DNA from: a virus
Taxonomy: Duplodnaviria > Caudoviricetes
Length of the DNA stretch: 64,000 nucleotides
IMG/VR virus record: IMGVR_UViG_3300020161_002440
Coordinates: 3,436 to 67,435 of that record
Direction: 5' to 3' (one strand)
The position numbers and the translations under genes are program-made. Below are positions 30,501 to 37,713 of the stretch, in pieces. Under the pieces are notes generated by a model. That model was not told the origin of the DNA, searched no databases, and saw only the letters and a program-made list of their open reading frames with translations. Positions within the stretch are counted from its first letter, which is position 1. The number at the start of each line of letters is the position of its first letter.

Positions 30501-30856
30501 ATAATAATTACGGTGGGGCGACATTGGATTATGTTTGGTCGGGTAATTTATCGACATTCTTTAATAAAGAATATATTTGTCAATCAAATGCTAATGGAAT
30601 TGAATTACCTTTCGCAGTTTTCTCATCACCTGAAAATCATTTTAAATTTTTAGGTGCTAGATGGACACCAATTGCCACTGGTATTAATTCGTTAACCCCT
30701 GAAAATTTAACAAAAGCTTGGATTACTAAATGGAGTAGAATGGTTACCCCGTCACAATATAATTCATATATTGCTAATCAAAGTGTTGAATATAATAATT
30801 TATTGGATAAAGTAAGACAAGCGGTAACAATGGCATCTGCACTTGGATTACAATAA
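24518..30856 (+). CDS. Baseplate hub (gp27/VgrG-like) with a C-terminal lysozyme-fold (GH73-like) domain, 2112 aa
   Basis: LGITQISI...P.V.I...DVRG N-term; RVQTLGNAMIQPTMYFNL..VPMF.G.YYITDVKHNI..G.F.T.F.G.R barrel; C-term YLESY...NNNYGG...FAVFSSPE. Confidence 0.7.
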   Translation: MVGNNNENILVEFDYQNIVLVDPNKTIDGQGNVKERLLRHEDLVYYANLECTLFPRTRLAAGPNGYFNNEKVSIATVNFLKPGNKEFLTNDYLDELTGLDSINGKGTNQIQRNIEKDDKNKEIFLSQTVRNNVDTELLGITQISIDTNLSLFPEVTIQMEDVRGRALFEKGENSPYAVFFNYPYPMFFLTIKGYLGKAVKYQLALRNFNATFDTGSGNFKITVKFYAYKFNVLTQIPMKYLQALPYMYRTNYNISPVNNTGVTPAPTGPQGVTTIPTSKGRQKIKEVYSEYKNKGLIDSDFPEITLTELTERLKKLETYISETFTKADLTPLTDVENFRDSLNKYEQEILLWRGESWFYKYMDTTAPYFTSDKGGTNIYTYKKEVRQGLNGLDVGTSQSDLLRIISKYNTLLKENKTFGEGGKYVIGKKETVSQIDVWSTIKADTISGLTINPESIDYNKSYVLQNNKTPTTDELAQFKTKLQPIFNSVTFDKDGKQVNNWFYFEGEGSFSKLIQLAQNELNTKAQEIQKKLADILSSRLAAKDGGLGFKPTIKNVLAVLLSNAEAFLRLMDDVHQTAWDVREDKNRVNAILGNDKSTPSTDSKDSTQTDSGNLIPIYPWPQYFVETNNDKGEKFELTYPGDPKVISKTKGFLYNVWPEIEFVEEFLKGYTQRKNPLPDYGPLQNTAQDINRVSLYALDFPTGNNIFGNKQEAKFLYEMYERVLLSSSYQRYYKPGSENQISDVIAESEFLNIKNSLENDSPYLVGKLKQYGLNSNNIVPFLAHISSGGIGESWQKYIRGDFATPYIQQEVDNSFVITDTSLITPGNTVVKPVPTQIDKLKTYLKSTQTNTFQFVDTFPYNSTDWYLGNLSKGASSNLDVFNTTNTLFVNNDKKMITNFETGSSKKEIRPITNFNFYDVSTPEPTVGLSAFYTSRTNDKQLPTEGNLHYTDYSGNVVANQTTSMLNTPFFINSIQEGVKDFLTGSTTPFKSSAFLFLNSLPLATLREKYKTYNGASTTDLDYIFATFKKFGAIHRIPYAWVLKYGSIWHRYKTWTETGVDILSNVLTDFQSTYNFDPITNNPAKTYNLVIDGNNQAITLQNTTLVGSDTLTQMNIGFYPQLINDFSTFYRGYDVFSAYTDSEIQSKLTSPNGVTLTLNSDSIINKDKGYDANDVNDILNIKPWSCVLNDDSKKLSYVVPSFGVSTVNQINGECFNNSNKLIQPVKFSPAVFNGSVRTFWSLPNYGYFDTTKIDVPTPEQYFKQILTGETQQQSFLLGNSTAYTTNEEVLSVFNREIMDIMEGEFLKFTKSLYEYSSVQVGSQVTTKIQVDKLAINSDGIYRNFQLLMREMMSIEKVTETNSTSYTNEVQSRQLSKSISTIQQFLEYDVVLKYGNPSNYSRKLFDSFSTTTFIEDKLTYPPYIQNTLPTSGGTTTLAQSEAAYPQSWKNLRTYIGNPTESGYTYTNNGSYITDFFVDMNIQFAPDSVTELATLIRIYATQKKLDPTMNRIKFINLINQYIAGNKSFSDLVFNQLTQKLNTGLPNVEEVKEKFTETAIQGEQTKLDIYEAFKGLNDTWIAGYDYTETTFLEDVLFLDRANRNIGDDILIDPKKVLNLFSEVNESSSVYTYLESVLNVHHFICMMHPAYINYYNVQEVQQNSVPKIEGTLEFGNTLFGTYLNVDARKASPKLVCTYAAEPSKHPEMGKNSNYRFKSDAFDLTRVSDMPLTDKLDGKTDWGLSNRVVGFNVDIGITNQNIFYHFDVSQDLGKETTESLTATDDLIRQSNGKTTSTQNVSLWNFYRNRAYQCRVQTLGNAMIQPTMYFNLRHVPMFTGPYYITDVKHNITPGKFETTFTGTRQQVFALPKLESYIQTLTAKILDEVISGLNQKLNASGNVTTTTTTSNNNTNTSNELSSNTFVINNSQNCKDSLKEFYEKQSYTFGTQSQSELTVKQVIDGIMANITQASTPNALLIAKYLAFVTCYLESYQNNQFICWNNNYGGATLDYVWSGNLSTFFNKEYICQSNANGIELPFAVFSSPENHFKFLGARWTPIATGINSLTPENLTKAWITKWSRMVTPSQYNSYIANQSVEYNNLLDKVRQAVTMASALGLQ

Positions 30857-30881
30857 AATGATAATTTTAATAAACTGAAGA

Positions 30882-30888
30882 TATTTAT
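30882..30888 (+). promoter_or_regulatory. TATTTAT late-type motif
   Basis: 16 nt upstream of ATG 30905. Confidence 0.5.
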
Positions 30889-30904
30889 ATATAAAAATAA
30901 AGTT

Positions 30905-31129
30905 ATGAACGTAAACAATGCCTTAAACACCTTCTTAAATAAGAAAGGAAGATATTCGGAAAAAGAAATCGGAAACGGAGATAAAGAAGTTTGTGATTTA
31001 GAAACTAATGAGTGTTATACTGTTAGAATGAAAGACGGTTTAATTGAAAGAGTGGATAATACCAAAACAACAAATAAAAAAATTCAAGTTGAAACATCTC
31101 ACGGTGTTAAACAATTATTAAATGGTTAA
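30905..31129 (+). CDS. Hypothetical protein (74 aa)
   Basis: Fills the gap after the hub gene; preceded by TATTTAT; CDLETNEC motif. Confidence 0.7.
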   Translation: MNVNNALNTFLNKKGRYSEKEIGNGDKEVCDLETNECYTVRMKDGLIERVDNTKTTNKKIQVETSHGVKQLLNG

Positions 31130-31133
31130 TAAT

Positions 31134-31805
31134 ATGTCAATCGATAAAAAAATACTAGAAGAAATTAGAAGATACCAAGGTATCAATAAGTATATTACTG
31201 AACAAGAGGTACCACCTGCAGACCCTACACTTGATTTAGGGGGAGTACCACCAGCACCTGAAGACCCAGCAGCGGCACCTGCCCCTGGAGCTCCTGAGGC
31301 ACCTGTAACTCCTGATGCTGCGGCAACACCTGAAGTTATTGATACAACAACTGACCCTGATGTTGAAAAACTTGATAGTGAGGGAGAACCTGAAGGGGAA
31401 ACAGAAGAAAGTGATACTGAAGAATTAGATATTACTGACTTAGTTGACAGTCAAAATAAAATTTCTGACAAACAAGATGAGTATTTTGAAAATTTATTTA
31501 AACATTTAGAAAATTTAGAAAATAAATTAGGTGAGATGGATGAGCTTATGAATAAAGTTAATTCATTAGAAGCTAAATTAGAAAAATATAGACCAAAAAC
31601 CCCACAAGAAAAATTAGAATTAAGAAGTTTGGATTCAGGTCCTTATAATCAAAAACTATCTGATTTTTTTATTGATAAAGAAGGGGATATGGAGAAATCA
31701 GGTAAAAATGAATATATTCTAACAACTGACGAAGTTGAGAATTTTACACCTTCAGAAATTAGAACATCATTCAATCCTGAACAACAAAAGAATTTTGGAA
31801 TTTAA
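31134..31805 (+). CDS. Acidic Pro/Ala-rich coiled-coil protein, possible prohead core / scaffold
   Basis: Likely start ATG 31134; KILEEIRRY...YITEQE, then PPAPEDPAAAPAPGAPEAP, acidic linker and heptad region LFKHLENLENKLGEMDELMNKVNSLEAKLE. Confidence 0.6.
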   Translation: MSIDKKILEEIRRYQGINKYITEQEVPPADPTLDLGGVPPAPEDPAAAPAPGAPEAPVTPDAAATPEVIDTTTDPDVEKLDSEGEPEGETEESDTEELDITDLVDSQNKISDKQDEYFENLFKHLENLENKLGEMDELMNKVNSLEAKLEKYRPKTPQEKLELRSLDSGPYNQKLSDFFIDKEGDMEKSGKNEYILTTDEVENFTPSEIRTSFNPEQQKNFGI

Positions 31806-31806
31806 G

Positions 31807-31838
31807 TTTGACAAAGCGGTTTGTTAGTGTTATATTTT
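31807..31838 (+). promoter_or_regulatory. Host-RNAP-type promoter for the replication operon
   Basis: TTGACA (31808-31813), 17-nt spacer ending TGT, TATATT(TT) (31831-31838). Confidence 0.7.
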
Positions 31839-31878
31839 GGTTACAATAAGTAATTAAAAATTTAAAAAACAAACTATT

Positions 31879-32733
31879 ATGATGTCAACACTAGATTCAG
31901 TCTTAGCACAGTACGAGAAAGCACAACAGTCAGGTACTTCAGGCGGCAACAGAATGTCAATGGATGAACGTATGAAGAAATACTTCGCAGCGATTCTTCC
32001 TCAAGGGCAAAACTCAGCACAAAAACGTATTCGTATCCTCCCTACAAAAGATGGTGGTTCACCATTTGTTGAGGCTTGGTTTCACGAAGTACAAGTTGGT
32101 GGTCAATGGAACAAACTTTATGACCCATCAAAGAACGACAATGAACGTTCACCTTTAAATGAAGTTTATGAAGAACTTATCTCAACAGGTAAGGAATCTG
32201 ACAAAGAACTTGCAAAACAATACAAATCACGAAAATTTTATATCGTTAAAGTAATCGACAGAGATAAACCTGAAGACGGTGTTAAATTCTGGCGTTTCAA
32301 ACACAACTATAAGAACGAAGGCGTTCTTGACAAAATCATTCCAATTTGGAGAGCTAAAGGAGATATTACAGACCCTGAAAAAGGTCGTGATTTAATTATC
32401 GAATTAGCGAAGGCTAAAACACCTAAAGGTAAAGACTACACTATTATCCAAACGGTTATGTATGATGACCCGTCTCCTGTTCACGAGGAAAAAGACACTA
32501 TGGATACTTGGATTAATGATGAGTTATCTTGGAGAGACGTGTATTCTAAAAAACCTGAAGATTATTTAGAAGCAATCGCAAGAGGAGAAACTCCAAGATG
32601 GGATTCAGACGCAGGTAAGTATGTATATGGTGATAGTTCTACATCAGAAATGAGTATGGGTGGTGGAACAAGTACACCATCATATGTAGACCCACAAGCG
32701 AATGCTGAACCTGATGAGGATATGCCATTCTAA
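31879..32733 (+). CDS. Single-stranded DNA-binding protein, T4 gp32-like
   Basis: IRILP...PFVE..FH, FY.VKVIDR, G.D.TDPEKGRDL.I; acidic tail EPDEDMPF. Confidence 0.88.
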   Translation: MMSTLDSVLAQYEKAQQSGTSGGNRMSMDERMKKYFAAILPQGQNSAQKRIRILPTKDGGSPFVEAWFHEVQVGGQWNKLYDPSKNDNERSPLNEVYEELISTGKESDKELAKQYKSRKFYIVKVIDRDKPEDGVKFWRFKHNYKNEGVLDKIIPIWRAKGDITDPEKGRDLIIELAKAKTPKGKDYTIIQTVMYDDPSPVHEEKDTMDTWINDELSWRDVYSKKPEDYLEAIARGETPRWDSDAGKYVYGDSSTSEMSMGGGTSTPSYVDPQANAEPDEDMPF

Positions 32734-32743
32734 GAATACAACT

Positions 32744-32790
32744 GAACTTGGACATCTACTTAGACAAGGTGTCCAAGTTCTTTATATTTT
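32744..32790 (+). terminator. Long stem-loop after the SSB gene
   Basis: GAACTTGGACATCT-ACTTAGACA-AGGTGTCCAAGTTC: 14 bp (one G-U), followed by TTTATATTTT. Confidence 0.7.
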
Positions 32791-32820
32791 AAATAAAAAG
32801 AAACAATAACATAGACATAT

Positions 32821-33822
32821 ATGGCAATCAAAAAAAACGATTTTAAATCAATTAAAGATAAGTTCTCAACATCCGCAAAATATAAACCACAAAGATTTTT
32901 TGATTTGGGGGCTGATTTTTTGGACGCGGTAGGATTACCAGGTCCTGCAATAGGTCACTTGAATATGTTTTTAGGTCACTCAGATACAGGAAAAACAACT
33001 GCATTAGTTAAAACTGCGGTTGACGCTCAGAAAAAAGGTATTTTACCTGTATTCATTATTACGGAACAAAAATGGTCTTTTGAACACGCAAAACTTATGG
33101 GGTTTGAGTGTGAAGAAGTTGTTGATGAAACAACTGGAGAATTAGATTGGGATGGTTTTTACATCTTTAACAATAACTTTGACTATATTGAACAAATTAC
33201 TGACTACATCAATTCATTATTGGACGCTCAAGAAAAAGGTGAGTTGGATTATAGTTTATGTTTTATGTGGGATTCTGTTGGTTCAGTTCCTTGTAAAATG
33301 ACGTTTGAAGGTAAGGGTGGTAAACAACATAACGCATCAACATTAGCCGATAAAATTGGTATGGGTATCAATCAACGTATTTCAGGTTCACGTAAAGCGG
33401 ATTCTAAATATGAAAATACTTTAATCATTGTAAACCAACCTTGGGTTGAGTTACCTGACAATCCGTTTGGACAACCTAAAATTAAAGCTAAAGGTGGTGA
33501 AGCAATTTGGTTAAATTCATCTTTAGTATTTTTATTTGGAAATCAAAAAGGTGCTGGTACTACTAAGATTACTGCAACAAAAGACAAACGAACTATTAAG
33601 TTTGCGTCAAGAACTAAGGTGTCTGTAATGAAAAATCACATTAATGGTTTGGGTTATGAAGATGGTAAAATTATAGTAACACCACACGGATTTATTGCAG
33701 GTAAAGAAGCTTCGGAAGAAAAGGCATCTATTGAAAAATACAAGAAAGAATATGCTGACTATTGGAAAGAGATAATCGGAACCGATGGTGATTTTGATTT
33801 AAGAGAAGAAAAAGAGTCGTAA
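32821..33822 (+). CDS. recA: RecA/UvsX-like recombinase
   Basis: Walker A GHSDTGKTT, Walker B FMWDSVG, IIVNQPW, GGEAIW, KNHINGL. Confidence 0.92.
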   Translation: MAIKKNDFKSIKDKFSTSAKYKPQRFFDLGADFLDAVGLPGPAIGHLNMFLGHSDTGKTTALVKTAVDAQKKGILPVFIITEQKWSFEHAKLMGFECEEVVDETTGELDWDGFYIFNNNFDYIEQITDYINSLLDAQEKGELDYSLCFMWDSVGSVPCKMTFEGKGGKQHNASTLADKIGMGINQRISGSRKADSKYENTLIIVNQPWVELPDNPFGQPKIKAKGGEAIWLNSSLVFLFGNQKGAGTTKITATKDKRTIKFASRTKVSVMKNHINGLGYEDGKIIVTPHGFIAGKEASEEKASIEKYKKEYADYWKEIIGTDGDFDLREEKES

Positions 33823-33840
33823 CATTTTAAATAAACTTAA

Positions 33841-34848
33841 GTGACCAAAACATTATTAGTTGACGGTAACAATTTACTAAAAATAGGATTTCACGGGGTA
33901 AAAGATTTTTACCATAAAGGGGAACACGTTGGTGCTATTTGGCACTTCATTAATACCCTACGTAAATTCATTGAAGAATATAACTACGATAAAGTAGTTG
34001 TATTTTGGGACGGAGAAGGAAGTTCTTCCTCAAGAAAAATACTATACCCACAATATAAAGAAAACAGACGTACAGATTCCAATGTTTATAAAGAAGATTC
34101 TTTCACTCAACAGAAAGAAAGAGTTAAACAATATTTGGAAGAGATGTTTGTTAGACAGATTGATATTGACAATAATGAGGCGGATGATTTAATAGCCTAT
34201 TATTGTCAAATATCAAATGATGAGAATAAAACTATATTTTCATCTGACAGAGACCTTACTCAATTGATATCTGAAAAAGTATCAATCTATTCTCCAAATA
34301 CAAAAACAATGTACAATAATGGTGATAAAATTAAAATTTATCACTATGAATTTCCGCATCAAAATATTAAAACTTATAAAATATTATCGGGAGACAAATC
34401 TGATAATATTGATGGAATTTATTATTTAGGTGAAAAGACTTTAGTTAAATTATTTCCTGAGCTACTTGAAAATACGGTAAATGTTTCCGATATTTTAACA
34501 AAGGCAGAACTAATGTTTGAGACTGATAAAAATAATACCGCACTTAAAAACTTACTAACGGGTAAGACTAAAAGTGGAATTTACGGTAATGAATTTTTTG
34601 AAATCAATGAAAAAATTGTAGATTTGTCAAATCCTTTAATAACAGATGATGCTAAAGAACTTGTAGAGTTATATTATAGAGAAACTTTGGACCCCGATGG
34701 TAGAGGTTATAAAAATCTTATTAAGATGATGATGGAGAATGGATTTTTCAAATACCTACCAAAAGGAGATGATGCTTGGGTGAACTTTATTAAACCATTT
34801 ATGAAATTAACAAGAAAAGAAAAAAGAAATTATCAAACAAACAAATAA
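33841..34848 (+). CDS. 5'-3' exonuclease / flap endonuclease (PolA N-terminal, T4 RNase H family)
   Basis: LLVDGNNL, VFWDG, YPQYKENR, EADDLIA, SSDRDLTQL, GDKSDNI.GI..LGEKT; GTG start. Confidence 0.95.
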   Translation: MTKTLLVDGNNLLKIGFHGVKDFYHKGEHVGAIWHFINTLRKFIEEYNYDKVVVFWDGEGSSSSRKILYPQYKENRRTDSNVYKEDSFTQQKERVKQYLEEMFVRQIDIDNNEADDLIAYYCQISNDENKTIFSSDRDLTQLISEKVSIYSPNTKTMYNNGDKIKIYHYEFPHQNIKTYKILSGDKSDNIDGIYYLGEKTLVKLFPELLENTVNVSDILTKAELMFETDKNNTALKNLLTGKTKSGIYGNEFFEINEKIVDLSNPLITDDAKELVELYYRETLDPDGRGYKNLIKMMMENGFFKYLPKGDDAWVNFIKPFMKLTRKEKRNYQTNK

Positions 34849-34851
34849 ATT

Positions 34852-35304
34852 ATGAAAGAACAAGAAATCACAAAGATGGAGTTACTTTTAACTCTAAACG
34901 ACAAAATCATCGTCCAAAGATTTTACAACGTAAAAGGGTATAACCCAACTTCAAAAAACTCTATCGAGTTGTATGACTTTTTGTATGAAGTTAAAGAAGA
35001 GTTATCTTACGATTTAAAAACTAAAACAGTGATTTATATGATGGATAATATGAATCAAATTATGGAAGATGAATCTGTATTAGACACTTCTATGACTAAT
35101 GGTCCAGAATATTTTAACATCTATATTAAATTAGGTGAACAGACACTTTGTCATAGACAATTTGATGCTAAATTATACCCACCTAAGGTAAGATATACCG
35201 TTGACGTACGCCCATACCTAAAAAACATTCTAAAAGGTCTTACTGACATTTTTTCAGGTGAAAATTTAACTTACGAGTATATGGGACTTCCACTTTCGGT
35301 TTAA
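34852..35304 (+). CDS. Hypothetical protein in the replication operon (150 aa)
   Basis: Tightly packed between the exonuclease and DnaB; no recognised motif. Confidence 0.8.
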   Translation: MKEQEITKMELLLTLNDKIIVQRFYNVKGYNPTSKNSIELYDFLYEVKEELSYDLKTKTVIYMMDNMNQIMEDESVLDTSMTNGPEYFNIYIKLGEQTLCHRQFDAKLYPPKVRYTVDVRPYLKNILKGLTDIFSGENLTYEYMGLPLSV

Positions 35305-35311
35305 TATTTAT
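35305..35311 (+). promoter_or_regulatory. TATTTAT motif before DnaB
   Basis: 24 nt upstream of ATG 35336; the only instance in front of a core replication gene. Confidence 0.35.
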
Positions 35312-35335
35312 CAATTACAAGAACAATTTTAGAGT

Positions 35336-36730
35336 ATGAATTCAGACAAAAATTTTAATTATTTGGGAGAAACTTTCCAATTACAACTTCTTAACCAAAT
35401 CATTGTAGACAAAGAATTCGCTCGCTCAATCATTGATGTTATTGAACCAAATTACTTCGAAAACAAGTATTTCAAAATCTTAATTCAAATGATTAAGGAA
35501 TACTATAAGAAGTATGAATCAAGTCCGTCTTATGAGACATTATTACAAATTACAAAATCTGAAATTCAACAAGAGTTAGCAGCAAAAATCGTTATCGATA
35601 CTTTGAAGAAAGTGCAGGATTCGCCATTAGAAGGTAGTAATTATGTTCAAGAAAAGGCTTTAAAATTCTGTAAACAACAAGAGTTACAGAAGGTTATGAC
35701 TAAGGCTCAAAAAATCATTGATGGTGGTGAGTTTGAAAACTACGATACACTTGAAGAGATGGTTAGCAAAGCTTTGCAAGTCGGTGAGGTCGATAGGGGA
35801 ACTGAAGACGTTTTCCATAATCTTGACGAAGTTTTAAACGATGACTTTAGACATCCAATCCCTATGGGTATACCTGGAATAGATAGACTATTAAAAGGTG
35901 GGTTGGCTAAAGGTGAGATTGGAGTTATATTAGCTCCAACAGGTGTTGGTAAATCAACATTATTAACAAAAATAAGTAATCACGCATTTAACTTAGGTTA
36001 TAGCGTGTTACAAATATTCTTTGAAGATAACCCAAAGATTATTCAAAGAAAACATTTTACTCTTTGGACAGGAATTGCCCCTGATGATTTGGCTACTAAG
36101 AAGGAGGAGGTAATGAATAAAATTACTGATATTAAGGAAACTATGTCAAATAAGTTAGTCCTTAAAAAATTACCTTCCGATACTCTAACTATGATGCAAA
36201 TTAAAAATCAAGTTAGAAAAATGATTGCTGAGGGAAATAAAATTGATATGATTCTTTTAGATTATATTGATTGTGTAGTACCTGATAAAAATCTTGGTGA
36301 TGAATGGAAAAGTGAAGGTTCCGTTATGAGAGGATTTGAGGCTATGTGCCACGAATTGGATATTGTAGGTTGGACTGCAACTCAGGGTAATCGTTCATCC
36401 ATTTCATCAGAAGTGGTTACCACCGACCAGATGGGTGGTTCTATTAAGAAAGCACAAGTTGGACACGTTATCATTTCCGTGGCTAAAACTTTACAACAAA
36501 AAGAAATGAAACTTGCTACGATTGCGATAACTAAATCTCGTATTGGTTCTGATGGTGTGGTATTTGAAAACTGTAAGTTCGATAATGAATTACTTGAGAT
36601 TGATACTGAAAGTTCAGTAACTTTCTTAGGGTTTGAAGAACAGAAAGAAGAACAAAAAAGAGATAGAGTTAAAGAACTTCTTGAAAAAAGAAAAGAAAGA
36701 GAGCAACAACAAAAACAAAAACAATCTTAA
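35336..36730 (+). CDS. dnaB: Replicative DNA helicase, DnaB/gp41-like
   Basis: LAPTGVGKS (Walker A), FFED, ILLDYID, WTATQGNR, KSRIG. Confidence 0.95.
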   Translation: MNSDKNFNYLGETFQLQLLNQIIVDKEFARSIIDVIEPNYFENKYFKILIQMIKEYYKKYESSPSYETLLQITKSEIQQELAAKIVIDTLKKVQDSPLEGSNYVQEKALKFCKQQELQKVMTKAQKIIDGGEFENYDTLEEMVSKALQVGEVDRGTEDVFHNLDEVLNDDFRHPIPMGIPGIDRLLKGGLAKGEIGVILAPTGVGKSTLLTKISNHAFNLGYSVLQIFFEDNPKIIQRKHFTLWTGIAPDDLATKKEEVMNKITDIKETMSNKLVLKKLPSDTLTMMQIKNQVRKMIAEGNKIDMILLDYIDCVVPDKNLGDEWKSEGSVMRGFEAMCHELDIVGWTATQGNRSSISSEVVTTDQMGGSIKKAQVGHVIISVAKTLQQKEMKLATIAITKSRIGSDGVVFENCKFDNELLEIDTESSVTFLGFEEQKEEQKRDRVKELLEKRKEREQQQKQKQS

Positions 36731-36747
36731 AAAAAAATTAATTAACA

Positions 36748-37695
36748 ATGGAAAAAATTTTGGTAGAAAATCCGAACAGATTCGTCATCTTCCCAATTCA
36801 GTATAATGATATTTGGGAGTATTACAAACAACACCAAGCAGCTTTTTGGACTGCAGAAGAAATAGACTTAACTAATGATATACGTGATTGGGAAAACCTT
36901 TCAGAAAACGAAAAATATTTTATTAAAAATGTATTATCATTTTTTGCGGCTTCTGATGGTATTGTTAATGAAAATCTTGCAGAAAATTTCTTAAAAGAGG
37001 TTCAATACCCTGAGGCTAAATTTTTCTACGGGTTCCAACTTATGATGGAAAACATTCACTCATTAATGTACTCATTATTGATTGATACTTATGTTTCAAA
37101 TCCTCAAGAAAAAGACGAATGTTTCAACGCTATTGATAGATTACCTGCGGTTCAAAAGAAAGCTAAATGGGCATTAGATTGGATTGAAAACGCATCTTTC
37201 CAAGAAAGACTAATTGCTTTTGCGGCGGTTGAAGGTATCTTCTTCTCAGGCTCATTTTGTTCAATTTTTTGGTTAAAATCAAGAGGGATTATGCAAGGGT
37301 TATGTAATGCTAATTCACTTATTTTTAAAGATGAAAATTTACATTGTGATTTTGCAATACACTTATTAAATAATCATATTGAAAACAAACCAAGTGAAAA
37401 AAGAATTAAAGAAATTTTATTATCGGCACTTGAAATTGAGAAAGAATTTATAACAGAATCATTACCAGTGTCTTTAATCGGTATGAACTCTAATCTTATG
37501 AAACAATATCTTGAGTTTGTTGTTGATGGTTTATTAGTTAAATTAGGGTGTAGTAAGGAATTTAATGTTGAACAACCATTTAAGTTTATGGAACAAATTG
37601 CAGTTGAGACTAAAGGTAATTTCTTTGAGTCAAGAACGGTTGAATACCAAAAGGCTAAATTGGGAGAATCATTAACATTTACCGATGATTTTTAA
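36748..37695 (+). CDS. nrdB: Ribonucleotide reductase class Ia beta subunit
   Basis: [22 protein letters not shown] (radical Tyr kept), [27 protein letters not shown]. Confidence 0.97.
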   Translation: MEKILVENPNRFVIFPIQYNDIWEYYKQHQAAFWTAEEIDLTNDIRDWENLSENEKYFIKNVLSFFAASDGIVNENLAENFLKEVQYPEAKFFYGFQLMMENIHSLMYSLLIDTYVSNPQEKDECFNAIDRLPAVQKKAKWALDWIENASFQERLIAFAAVEGIFFSGSFCSIFWLKSRGIMQGLCNANSLIFKDENLHCDFAIHLLNNHIENKPSEKRIKEILLSALEIEKEFITESLPVSLIGMNSNLMKQYLEFVVDGLLVKLGCSKEFNVEQPFKFMEQIAVETKGNFFESRTVEYQKAKLGESLTFTDDF

Positions 37696-37713
37696 TTAAA
37701 AAGAAAAAAAACT

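Noticed and set aside
773-31133. Track starts at 773, 8902 and 31122
   Set aside because: Downstream ATGs (797, 8998, 31134) fit better with the upstream motif, avoid overlaps and give family-like N-termini.
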